DNA of 64,000 bases from Rhodospirillales bacterium. Lineage in GTDB: Bacteria; Pseudomonadota; Alphaproteobacteria; Rhodospirillales; UBA2165. The notes beneath the pieces are model-generated. The model saw only the letters and a list, made by a program, of their open reading frames with translations, was not told where the DNA came from and did no database searches. Position numbers and translations under genes: made by a program. This document shows, one piece after another, positions 48,021 through 59,123 of this stretch. How positions within the stretch are numbered: position 1 is the first letter of the stretch; every line of letters begins with the position of its first letter. Where the stretch lies: the NCBI GenBank assembly GCA_965207535.1, contig CBDBMR010000011.1, forward strand, positions 78,276 to 142,275, in the 5' to 3' direction.

Positions 48021-48986
48021 CTATTTTCTGATGATCCGGTTGCGCAAAATGCCGATCCCCTCGACCTCCAACTCCATGACATCGCCGTCGGAGAGGTAAC
48101 GCTCCTGTTCCAGACCGCTGCCGCCGCCAACGGTTCCCGACGCGATGAATTCACCGGGATACAAGGTTTCGGAGCGGGAAATGTGGGCGATCAAATCCTC
48201 GAAGGTCCAGTGGATCGAGCTGGAATGTCCGCGCGACCACTCCTCCCCGTTAATGCGGGCAATCATGGTGCAGTCGTAGGGATCCAATTCGTCGGCGGTC
48301 ACGATACAGGGGCCGATAACGTTGCCGGTGTCGAAGTCCTTGCCCTTGCCGGGTCCAAGTCCGCCCGGCATCTCGACCGCCTGGGTATCGCGGGCCGATA
48401 TGTCGTTGAAGATGGCGTACCCGAAAATGTGCTCCCGGGCCTTCTCCTTGGGAATGTCCCGTCCTCCCTTGCCGATGAAAAATCCGAACTCGAGCTCGTA
48501 ATCCATCACCTCGGCATAATCGGGCCAGATCACGTCCTCCTCCGGGCCGACGACGGCAAGGCGGTTGGCTTTGTAGTAGAGGGGCTGCCGGTACCAGACG
48601 TCGGGGATGCGAAAGAGCCCCTTGGCCTCGAACTCCTTCAGCGCGGCTTCCGGGTCCGGCTCCATGGCCGCCCGGTTCCTGCGCAGGACATCGTAGGCCC
48701 GCTTCAAATGTTCCTCGAAACACAGGCAGTCCCGGATTTGCGGCGGCGCCGGCAAGGGCGTCAGAAGCTTGGCTCCTTCCGTCATATGGACGGCAACGGA
48801 CGGCGGGTTTTCCACGACCTCCCGGGCGGCGTCCAATGCCTCGGGCCCGCCCTCGATCAGGGCCTGCATGGAACCGAAACAGGGTTCGGGCTCGGCGGCG
48901 AACAGATCGACGATCCGGGTGTCGTCTTCGAGCAGAACACCGGCCCGGGCATCCCCGTCTCGGTGCAGGAAGGTGGCTAGTCGCAT
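48021..48986 (-). CDS. Fumarylacetoacetate hydrolase family protein
   Basis: YELEFGFFIGKGG, IFGYAIFNDISARD and SGTVGGGSG are FAH-fold motifs. Confidence 0.8.
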   Translation of the reverse strand: MRLATFLHRDGDARAGVLLEDDTRIVDLFAAEPEPCFGSMQALIEGGPEALDAAREVVENPPSVAVHMTEGAKLLTPLPAPPQIRDCLCFEEHLKRAYDVLRRNRAAMEPDPEAALKEFEAKGLFRIPDVWYRQPLYYKANRLAVVGPEEDVIWPDYAEVMDYELEFGFFIGKGGRDIPKEKAREHIFGYAIFNDISARDTQAVEMPGGLGPGKGKDFDTGNVIGPCIVTADELDPYDCTMIARINGEEWSRGHSSSIHWTFEDLIAHISRSETLYPGEFIASGTVGGGSGLEQERYLSDGDVMELEVEGIGILRNRIIRK

Positions 48987-49022
48987 GGGCGGTCCCCGGC
49001 GTCGGAATCGGTATGGAGGACC

Positions 49023-49535
49023 TTACTCCGCGGCCGAACCGTCCGCGAGCTTCTCGTTCATCCTTTCGACCACACGGGGGGAGAGGAACGGTTTGATGTC
49101 GCCGCCCAGCATGCCGATTTCCTTCACCAGCCGCGACGAAATGTATTGATGGTGTTCCGAGGCCATGAGAAACACGGTTTCTATGCCGTCGTTGAGCCGT
49201 GCGTTCATGCCGACCATCTGAAACTCATACTCGAAATCGGATACCGCCCTCAGACCCCGCACGATCAGGGATGCGCCGCACTCCTCGGCGAAATGCATCA
49301 GCAGCCCTTCCATGGGCCGGACCTCGACACGGGCGCCGTTGGTATCAATCTCCGCAACCTCGGCCTCGACCATGGCGACCCGCTCAACGAGCGAGAACAG
49401 CGGTCCCTTGCCCGCGTTGACGGCGACGCCGACGATCAGGTGATCCACCACCCGGGTCGCCCGGCTGATGATGTCCTGATGACCGTGGGTGATCGGATCA
49501 AAGGTTCCGGGATATACGCCAGTTCTATCCGCCAT
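49023..49535 (-). CDS. coaD: Pantetheine-phosphate adenylyltransferase
   Basis: GVYPGTFDPITHGHQDII...RGLRAVSDFEYE...SSRLVKEI matches the CoaD signature. Confidence 0.9.
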   Translation of the reverse strand: MADRTGVYPGTFDPITHGHQDIISRATRVVDHLIVGVAVNAGKGPLFSLVERVAMVEAEVAEIDTNGARVEVRPMEGLLMHFAEECGASLIVRGLRAVSDFEYEFQMVGMNARLNDGIETVFLMASEHHQYISSRLVKEIGMLGGDIKPFLSPRVVERMNEKLADGSAAE

Positions 49536-49540
49536 TCGCC

Positions 49541-52393
<2,853 letters not shown>

Positions 52394-52698
52394 AGGCGTT
52401 AATCCTGTTGGAATTTTTGGGCTCGCCGCTGGGCCGGCGGAGGTGGAAATTCATGAAACATTTATAGCAAAACCGGCCGCCCGCAACAACTGAACAAGGC
52501 CTATTTTGAGGCCTGAAAATTTCACCTAACCCATTGATAAAAATGACAAATTTTAAACAGGGCGGGATTGGGCCGGCGATGACCGGCCGAGACCATCCCG
52601 AAGGGCGAAAATCATTCGAATTTGGCCGAATCGGACAACATCGACGGGTCCACGGGAAAGCGCTTGCAGGGGCCTTCCGGCTCCCGTAAAGCACCGGA

Positions 52699-53901
52699 GT
52701 GAGACTATCCCGGGAAAAAAAAAACGTCGGCGTTCTCGGCCTTTGCCAGGTTCTGTTCAACACCGGCCGGGGCCTGACATTCCTCGCTTCCGGACTGGTG
52801 TCCGAAGGCGTGTTCGACGCCGGCGTGCTGGTCACTATTCCGATCACCATGATGCTGATCGGCACGGCCGCGGGGACACTGCCCTCGGCGCTGCTGATGC
52901 GGCGCATCGGCCGCAAGGCCGGGTTTGTCGTCGGCTCGCTGATCGGCACCAGCGGGGCGCTTTTGGGCGCCCTCGCCATCATCGAAGTGCAGTTCGTGCT
53001 TTTCAACGCGTCAATTTTCTTGTTCGGCATCTACTCCGGGTTCGCACAGCAATACCGGTTCGCCGCCGCCGACGTCGCCAGTGCCGACTTCAAGGCAACG
53101 GCCATCGCCCTGGTGCTCGCCGCCGGGGTCATGGGCGCCTTCACCGGCCCCTACTCGGCGATTATCGGCAAGGATTGGATCGACGGCGCCGCCTTTGCCG
53201 GATCGTTCCTCATTCTCGCGGGCTCCACCCTGCTCTCCGGACTGGTGGTGCTGGGAATAGATATTCCCAAACTCACCAAGGCCGAGTTCGACGATCCCGG
53301 CCGGCCGCTCCTCGAGATTTTCAAGACACCGGTGGTCATCGCCGCCGTCATCGCCGCCACGTTCACATACGTAGTGATGAATTTACTGATGACCGTGACC
53401 CCCATCTCCATGCAGTACGGCTATTCCTTCGGCGACGGCGACGTCGCGCTGGTCATTTCCTGGCACGTGGTCGGCATGTTCGCGCCGGGCTTCGTGACCG
53501 GTTCGTTGATCAAGCGGTTCGGCACCCTGCAGATCATTACCGTGGGCCTTGCTCTTCTCACCGGTGCGGTGGCCGTCGCGCTGCTGGGCGTCGAGTTCTG
53601 GCATTTCTGGGTCAGCCTGTTCCTCCTCGGATGCGGCTGGAACTTCGCCTTTACCGGCGGCACCGCCCTGCTCACCGAAATCGATACGCCGTCGGAACGC
53701 GCCAAGCTCCAGGGGACCAACGATTTCGTCGTCTTTACAGCCGTTGCCTTCGCCTCCCTGGTCTCGGGCGCGGTCTACCAGCTGCTGGGCTGGAACTGGG
53801 TCAACATCCTGGCCGTGCCGATGATCGTTATCGCCATGGCCGCGGTCACCTGGCTGGCCCTTACCCGCCGACGGGAGCGCATTGCGGCGCCCGCGGAATA
53901 G
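52699..53901 (+). CDS. MFS transporter
   Basis: About 12 predicted hydrophobic segments. The start region (GTG at 52699) contains an A10 run at 52715-52724, so the exact start is uncertain. Confidence 0.7.
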   Translation: MRLSREKKNVGVLGLCQVLFNTGRGLTFLASGLVSEGVFDAGVLVTIPITMMLIGTAAGTLPSALLMRRIGRKAGFVVGSLIGTSGALLGALAIIEVQFVLFNASIFLFGIYSGFAQQYRFAAADVASADFKATAIALVLAAGVMGAFTGPYSAIIGKDWIDGAAFAGSFLILAGSTLLSGLVVLGIDIPKLTKAEFDDPGRPLLEIFKTPVVIAAVIAATFTYVVMNLLMTVTPISMQYGYSFGDGDVALVISWHVVGMFAPGFVTGSLIKRFGTLQIITVGLALLTGAVAVALLGVEFWHFWVSLFLLGCGWNFAFTGGTALLTEIDTPSERAKLQGTNDFVVFTAVAFASLVSGAVYQLLGWNWVNILAVPMIVIAMAAVTWLALTRRRERIAAPAE

Positions 53902-53933
53902 CGCCCGACATCCATACCCGCTACACTCGGGCG

Positions 53934-54263
53934 ATGGCTTATGACGAACATCTGGCGGAGCGCATGCGCGCCGTCATCCCCGGCGACCCGGCACACGACG
54001 AGAAGAAGATGTTCGGCGGTATTGCCTTCTTCTGTCACGGCAACATCGCCTGCGGCGTCAACCGGGACAACATGATCGTCCGCGTCGGCCCCGACGCATA
54101 CGAAGCCGCCCTCGCCGAAGATCACGTCAAGGAGTTCGACATCACCGGCCGGCCCATGACCGGCTGGGTTGAAGTAGCCCCCGCTGCCTTCGAGGACGAG
54201 ACGGACCTCAAGGCGTGGATCGAACGGGGCTATGCCTTCGCCCGCTCCCTGCCGCCGAAATAA
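53934..54263 (+). CDS. TfoX/Sxy N-terminal-domain family protein
   Basis: Only the last 109 aa of track ORF 52743..54263 look real: MAYDEHLAERMRAV...KKMFGGIAFFCHGNIACGV. The rest of that ORF is a shadow over the MFS gene. Confidence 0.6.
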   Translation: MAYDEHLAERMRAVIPGDPAHDEKKMFGGIAFFCHGNIACGVNRDNMIVRVGPDAYEAALAEDHVKEFDITGRPMTGWVEVAPAAFEDETDLKAWIERGYAFARSLPPK

Positions 54264-55028
54264 CTACGCCGCAAGGAACTTCCGCAGGAGATCGATGGTC
54301 TCTTCGGGTTTGTCCGCGTGCACCCAGTGACCGGCGCCCTTGACTACCGCGTGCCCGGCATTCGGGAACAGGGCGCCGATCAGCTCCTTGTGCTCTTCCT
54401 CAATGAAGTCCGAGGTCTCGCCGGCGACGAACAGCGTGCGGCATTCATATTGCGCACCGTCCATGTCCGGGAAACCGTGGATCAGGTCGACCCCGTCGAG
54501 CAGGCCGTCCAGGTTGATCCGCCAGGCATAGCCGTCCCCGTCGCGGGCAAGATTGGAGAGCAGCAGCGTCCGGACCGCCGGATCACCCACCCCGCCAGCC
54601 AGCATCTCATCGGCGCTCTTGCGGCTGGTCACCCGGTCGAGGGGCAATGCCTGCATCGCCTCCATGTGATTCTGAATCCCGTGGGCGTAGGGGACCGGCG
54701 CGATATCAACCACCACCAGCCCGCCGACCAGATCCGACCGGGTCAGCGCCAGCACCATGGCCACCTTGCCGCCCATGGAGTGGCCGACCACGGCCGCCCC
54801 CTCAAGCTCATGTCCTGTCATGAACTCGGCGACGTTGGCGGCCACCGAGGGGTAGCTCACATCCCCGGTCCAGGGCGAACGGCCGTGGTTGGGGAGATCG
54901 ACGCTGACTAGCCGGTAGTCTTCCGCGAGGCCCCTGGTCACGGCGGCCCAGTTCCGCGCCTGACCGAACAGCCCGTGGAGGATGAGGACCCCGGGGCCCT
55001 CACCGACCTCCAAGTAGTGAAGCTGCAC
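54264..55028 (-). CDS. Alpha/beta-fold hydrolase
   Basis: LILHGLFG..., nucleophile elbow VVGHSMGG, and C-terminal GHWVHADKPEE. Confidence 0.8.
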   Translation of the reverse strand: MQLHYLEVGEGPGVLILHGLFGQARNWAAVTRGLAEDYRLVSVDLPNHGRSPWTGDVSYPSVAANVAEFMTGHELEGAAVVGHSMGGKVAMVLALTRSDLVGGLVVVDIAPVPYAHGIQNHMEAMQALPLDRVTSRKSADEMLAGGVGDPAVRTLLLSNLARDGDGYAWRINLDGLLDGVDLIHGFPDMDGAQYECRTLFVAGETSDFIEEEHKELIGALFPNAGHAVVKGAGHWVHADKPEETIDLLRKFLAA

Positions 55029-55858
55029 TAGTTGAGCCCGCGCTTCAGCTCATCCAGTATGCGTTCGGCGTCCCGGTCATTGAGCGCCGCGCCGCCCAGC
55101 GCGATGTAGTCCTCGAGCACCATCACCGCCGACTTGAGGTTCCCCTGGCCAGCCTCGAGCGCGGCGAGCTCGATGTTGGTCTCGCCATGGCCCGGGGCGA
55201 TCAAGGCCATGCGCCGCAGCACCTCGACGGCGCGGGGCGTATCGCTCTGCTGCAAGGCCCGAGTCTTTATGTTGTTCTGTAAGCGCAGGAGAATGTCCCG
55301 GTTGCCCACCGAACGGACGAAATCGGGCTTCATGGGCAGGTCGGTCCCATAGACGCTCTTCAGCAGCCGCTTGAGCTCGCTCATTTGCAGCATCCGGGCG
55401 CCGTCAAAGGGATCGATGATCGCCGACTCGCCTTGCGCCTGCAGCCGAAGCAGGAAGTGACCGGGGAAATTGATCCCGGCGATGTCCCACTGCAGCGCGC
55501 GGGCGACGTGAATGAGGATGATCCCCAGCGATACGGGAATGCCACGGCGCCGGTCGATCACCCGCATCAGGTTGGCGTTATCCGTGTCGTCATAGGTCTC
55601 GGTGTCCCCCAGGTAGCCGCCGTCGGCGAACACCACGTCATGGAGTACCGCGGCCCGGTCGCGGACGTCGGTCGCCTGCGCCTTCACCGCGTTGGCGTGG
55701 CCCGCCAGTTCGGCCAGATGGTCCCGGTACTGCTCGACCCGCTTGTCCGGATGATCGAGCGCCCCCAGCATCAGCGCCACGTCGGCGAGATCGATCTCGC
55801 CGTCCTCCAGGGAGCCGACGATGTTGAGGTTTACCAGGACATCGGTCAGATCCGACAA
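55028..55858 (-). CDS. SirB1/UPF0162-like protein (transglutaminase-like N-terminal domain plus TPR-like C-terminal domain)
   Basis: 276-aa ORF. The family call rests on a recalled pattern (GIPVSLGIILIHVARAL...NFPGHFLLR). Its stop overlaps the downstream start by 1 nt. Confidence 0.55.
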   Translation of the reverse strand: MSDLTDVLVNLNIVGSLEDGEIDLADVALMLGALDHPDKRVEQYRDHLAELAGHANAVKAQATDVRDRAAVLHDVVFADGGYLGDTETYDDTDNANLMRVIDRRRGIPVSLGIILIHVARALQWDIAGINFPGHFLLRLQAQGESAIIDPFDGARMLQMSELKRLLKSVYGTDLPMKPDFVRSVGNRDILLRLQNNIKTRALQQSDTPRAVEVLRRMALIAPGHGETNIELAALEAGQGNLKSAVMVLEDYIALGGAALNDRDAERILDELKRGLN

Positions 55859-55882
55859 TTGGGTCTCCGAAAACGTGATTGG

Positions 55883-55935
55883 AACGGCCTAGACGGCCTA
55901 GACGGCCTAGAACGGCCTAAAACGGCCTAAAACGG
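55883..55935. repeat. Tandem 9-10-bp repeat (about 5.5 copies) spanning the ssb stop codon
   Basis: Plus-strand units: AACGGCCTAG, ACGGCCTAG, ACGGCCTAG, AACGGCCTAA, AACGGCCTAA, AACGG. On the ssb strand each unit resembles the final codons CCG-TTT-TAG (P-F-stop). Confidence 0.85.
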
Positions 55936-56406
55936 AATGTCGTCGTCGAGGTCGTCGGCGCCACCGCCGCCGCCGGGCGCCGCATAGTCGGGCTCGGCTC
56001 CGGGATCGCCACCGCCGTGGTCGCCACCCCCACCGCCCTGCCCGCCGCCACCGCCGCGGGTATCCAGCATGGTGAGTTCGCCCCGGAAACGGCCCAGCAC
56101 GACCTCGGTGGTGTACCTGTCCTGACCGTCCTGGCCTTGCCATTTGCGGGTCTGGAGCTGGCCCTCCATATACACCTTGGAGCCCTTTTTTAGGTACTTC
56201 TCGGCCACGTCGGCAATACGGTCGTTGAACACCACAACCCGGTGCCACTCGGTCCTTTCCCGGCGCTCGCCGGAGGCGCGGTCGTTCCAGGTCTCGGAGG
56301 TGGCCACCGACATGTTGACGATCTTATTGCCGTCCTGGGAGAAGCGGACCTCGGGATCACGGCCCAGGTTTCCAATCAGAATGACTTTGTTAACGCTGCC
56401 GGCCAT
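55927..56406 (-). CDS. ssb: Single-stranded DNA-binding protein
   Basis: [21 protein letters not shown]... forms the OB fold, followed by a Gly-rich linker and the acidic tip DDLDDDIPF. Confidence 0.95.
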   Translation of the reverse strand: MAGSVNKVILIGNLGRDPEVRFSQDGNKIVNMSVATSETWNDRASGERRERTEWHRVVVFNDRIADVAEKYLKKGSKVYMEGQLQTRKWQGQDGQDRYTTEVVLGRFRGELTMLDTRGGGGGQGGGGGDHGGGDPGAEPDYAAPGGGGGADDLDDDIPF

Positions 56407-56540
56407 GCTCTCCGCCCCCTTCAGGTAGTCGTGGAATTTCGGTCATTGGTTTCTCCTGGTTATGTACCCCGATTCTCCCGGGGGTTCACCCCTATTCTGG
56501 CAACCGGTCTCTCATCACGCCGGCATTGATGCCATTAAAT

Positions 56541-56555
56541 GTTCATGTAATGTTC
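56541..56555. promoter_or_regulatory. Candidate alphaproteobacterial LexA (SOS) box GTTC-N7-GTTC
   Basis: GTTCatgtaatGTTC lies in an AT-rich patch 135 nt upstream of the ssb start. ssb and uvrA are classical SOS genes. Confidence 0.55.
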
Positions 56556-56653
56556 TTATAGCGGGTTTCTTGTTTCAGGGGAAGGGATTAGATGATCCAG
56601 GGAAGTTGTCTGTGTGGCGCGACGCAGGCCGTGACACTGGCGAGAAATGCGGG

Positions 56654-56770
56654 CTAGGTCCCGATAAACAGGTCGGGCTGGACCGACAGGTGGCGGATGA
56701 CGAGGCCGCGCGACTCGAGAGTTTCAGCGATCATGTTGCGGTGACAGCTCTTGGGGTCCCGTTCCAGACA
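56654..56770 (-). pseudogene. DUF488-family gene, C-terminal fragment (separated from its N-terminal part by the IS)
   Basis: The minus strand translates to CLERDPKSCHRNMIAETLESRGLVIRHLSVQPDLFIGT*, which contains the conserved DUF488 C..RDP..CHR motif. Confidence 0.7.
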
Positions 56771-56857
56771 TGGCGTAATTCCGGCGTTCACTCCCCTGGG
56801 CCTATGATGCGGGGTCGTGGGCGCCGCGCCCCGTTAGGCTAAGCAAGGAGAGTGACC

Positions 56858-57889
56858 ATGGGTGAGTACGTTGGCTTTGATGTTTCGAAGGAAGAGACAG
56901 CATTTTGCGTGAAGGACGGTGCAGGAGAGATTTTGGCGCAAGGCAAGGCGGAGACCGACCCTCGGGCGTTGTTTGAGGTGTTGAAGGAGCATTGTCTGTG
57001 TCCGGATCGGATTGTTCTGGAGACCGGGACACTGTCGGGCTGGCTGGCACGGAGTCTGGACGAGATGGGGATTGCGGTGGAAGTGATCGATGCCCGCCAG
57101 GCCCATGCGGTGATGCGTCTTCAACACAACAAGACCGATGCCAAGGACGCCGAGCTTCTGGCGGAGATCGCGCGCACCGGCTTCTGCCGCCCTGTATCGG
57201 TGAAGAGCGAGTTGGCCCAGGAGAGTCGGGTTCTGCTCAAGGCTCGGTCTCACCTGGTGCGCCAGCGCCGCGATACTCACAACACGATCCGGGGTCTTCT
57301 TGCCTCGTTGGGGATCCGTTTTCCCAAGGGCACGAGCAAGCTGCTCCGCGGAGTGCGCGCGCAGCTCGAGGACCGTCCCGAGCTACGCCCGGCGATTGCG
57401 CCGTTGCTGTCCTCGCTCACGGCGCTGGACAGCACGATTGCGGAGCTGGATGAGGCGGTCGCTGCGCGCGTCAAGGACGATCCGGCCTGCCGCCTGCTGA
57501 TGACCGTGCCCGGAGTCGGACCGCTCACGGCGCTGGCCTATGTGAGTACCATCGGCGACGCCGGGCGCTTCGCCCGATCGCGCAGCTTGGGCGCTTATCT
57601 CGGGCTGACCTCCAGACGTTGGCAATCGGGCGAGATGGATTACAGCGGGTGCATCTCCAAGCACGGCGACGCGATGCTGCGCAGCTTATTGTACGAGGCC
57701 GCCAACAGCCTGCTTGTGGTGGTGCGCCGGGCCCATCCGCTCAAGGACTGGGCGCGGCGGATCAAAAAGCGGACCAGCCACAAGAAGGCCTGCGTGGCCC
57801 TGGCGCGCAAGCTTGCGGTGATCCTCCATCGCATGTTGATCACTGGCGAGCCGTTCCGCTGGCCGGCCCGAGAGATTCAGGCGGCATGA
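56858..57889 (+). CDS. IS110-family DEDD transposase/recombinase
   Basis: MGEYVGFDVSKEETAFCV..., LETGTLSGWL, and the C-terminal MTVPGVGPLTALAYVSTIGDAGRFARSRSLGAYLGLTSRRWQSGE, typical of IS110. An AAGGAGAG RBS lies 7 nt before the ATG at 56858. Confidence 0.9.
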   Translation: MGEYVGFDVSKEETAFCVKDGAGEILAQGKAETDPRALFEVLKEHCLCPDRIVLETGTLSGWLARSLDEMGIAVEVIDARQAHAVMRLQHNKTDAKDAELLAEIARTGFCRPVSVKSELAQESRVLLKARSHLVRQRRDTHNTIRGLLASLGIRFPKGTSKLLRGVRAQLEDRPELRPAIAPLLSSLTALDSTIAELDEAVAARVKDDPACRLLMTVPGVGPLTALAYVSTIGDAGRFARSRSLGAYLGLTSRRWQSGEMDYSGCISKHGDAMLRSLLYEAANSLLVVVRRAHPLKDWARRIKKRTSHKKACVALARKLAVILHRMLITGEPFRWPAREIQAA

Positions 57890-58173
57890 GTGAGAGAACG
57901 GACTGCGTAGACGACGGTAACGAGCACGAGGAGACAACATAGTTCCGCACGAGCGGAAAGGCGCGTCCCCGCCGGGACGTCGGCCGAGGCCATCCCGTTT
58001 TATGTGTTGCAAGGCGGCTCAGGCCGCCAACAATGCGTCCTCTGACCCTGGGAGGCCGAAGCCAAAGGGCACCATCATGAAGCAAGCCAGCCAGAGCGCC
58101 GGCAAAGACTTCGTAGACAACCCTGTACCCGGCGGCGGCAAGCCCGGAGGAGTTGACCCGAACGCCGGAATTA
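57890..58173 (+). ncRNA. Candidate bridge (guide) RNA region of the IS1111-type element
   Basis: This is the 284-nt non-coding right end. TTATGTGTTG (58000-58009) is the exact reverse complement of the target flank CAACACATAA (58176-58185). AGACAACA (57932-57939) and TAGACAAC (58114-58121) repeat the junction sequence at 58172-58180. No structure model was run. Confidence 0.35.
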
Positions 58174-58525
58174 GACAACACATAAGGCACGGCAAACCCT
58201 TGGCGGCGAGCGCCGTCACCTCGGCCAGGGCCGCCTCCGCCGGCTCACTCGCAAGCTGACCGGCGTAGATGGAGCGGTAAAGGTCAACGTCGCCCGACTT
58301 GGCCGCGTCCCGCCCCGCTTCCGGGTTACCCAAGGCCTGCAGGTGCTTGTACTCGATCCCCGCGTCGTCGAGCGCGGCGTTCAAGGGGAATTTGCAGAAG
58401 TCGGGCTTGCGGGACCAGGGCACGTCCCGGACATCCACCAGCACGCTCACCCCGTCCCGTTCAAGGGCGGCGACGAACTCGGCGATGCTCGCGCCCTCGT
58501 AGCCGATGGTGGCAACGATGGTCAT
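58174..58525 (-). pseudogene. DUF488-family gene, N-terminal fragment (interrupted by the IS)
   Basis: MTIVATIGYEGASIAEFVAALERDGVSVLVDVRDVPWSRKPDF... is a typical DUF488 N-terminus. The family-like sequence stops at ...GLPCLMCC, where the IS begins. The remainder of track ORF 58019..58525 reads into IS DNA. Confidence 0.75.
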
Positions 58526-58628
58526 GGTTCACCGATGGCCTGTTTTGCACTCCCTCCTCTTCCAGGGGAGGAAACAAATTTCTGCCGGGCATTACGGCAA
58601 ATTGAGACGGCTTCGGGAGTGAAACTCA

Positions 58629-59120
58629 CTACGGAAAGATCCCGTGCCTGGATATCCCGACGCCGGTGCCGATGCCCGTGGCGGGGGCATCCGCGACGAT
58701 GCCCGAGCCCGGCCCATAGACCGACGCGCCCGGCAGGAGGTCCAACCCGCCATAGACAAACGCCACCTTCAAGAACAGCGCCATCACCAGCAGCACGAAG
58801 GCGATCGTCGCCGCCTGTTTGGCGAACCAGAAATAGGTCTCCCGGAGCGCAACCCCGATGACCTGTTGGGCGATCTCGGCCGGCGGGCGGAACTCCTTCT
58901 TGAGGATCAGCCACGCCTCGGTCTTCTTGTAGGGACGGGTGCGGGCGCGAAGCGCGCACCACACAAGAATGAAGGCGAAGATCAGGCTGGCCATGCCGCC
59001 CACCTGGGCGGCGAAGGGCGGATCGAACGAGAGCCCGAAGATCAGGCAGAAGATGGCGAGACCGGTAAACCCGCTGGCCCGGCCGACGGACACGTAGGCG
59101 GCGTTCTCGATCTCGTTCAT
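58629..59120 (-). CDS. Hypothetical integral membrane protein (about 4 TM segments), co-transcribed with the deiodinase-like gene
   Basis: The start ATG is 3 nt after the upstream TAG stop. Four hydrophobic segments. No family recognised. Confidence 0.5.
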   Translation of the reverse strand: MNEIENAAYVSVGRASGFTGLAIFCLIFGLSFDPPFAAQVGGMASLIFAFILVWCALRARTRPYKKTEAWLILKKEFRPPAEIAQQVIGVALRETYFWFAKQAATIAFVLLVMALFLKVAFVYGGLDLLPGASVYGPGSGIVADAPATGIGTGVGISRHGIFP

Positions 59121-59123
59121 CCG

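Larger units (their letters stand above)
56771..58173 (+). mobile_element. IS110-family insertion sequence, IS1111 subgroup (1403 bp)
   Basis: 13-bp inverted repeats: TAATTCCGGCGTT (56776-56788, subterminal) and AACGCCGGAATTA (58161-58173). GACA flanks both sides (56767-56770, 58174-58177). Removing the IS and one GACA restores the DUF488 reading frame. The long non-coding end is 3' of the transposase gene. Confidence 0.8.

Noticed and set aside
40370-48980. Long plus-strand ORFs (40370..41794, 41804..42964, 46047..47459, 47550..48980)
   Set aside because: All lie opposite well-supported minus-strand enzyme genes and lack family motifs. They are high-GC shadow ORFs.
52743-53933. 506-aa ORF 52743..54263 overlapping the MFS gene in another frame
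   Set aside because: The first 397 aa are Arg/Gly/Pro-rich shadow sequence over the MFS transporter. Only the last 109 aa (TfoX-like) are credible.
55883-55935. Tandem repeat considered as a CRISPR-like array
   Set aside because: The units are only 9-10 bp and directly abut with no spacers. It is a microsatellite-like array.
58019-58173. C-terminal 50 aa of track ORF 58019..58525 (…CLIPAFGSTPPGLPPPG…)
   Set aside because: This part reads into the IS right end after the insertion junction. The genuine DUF488 C-terminus is at 56654-56770.
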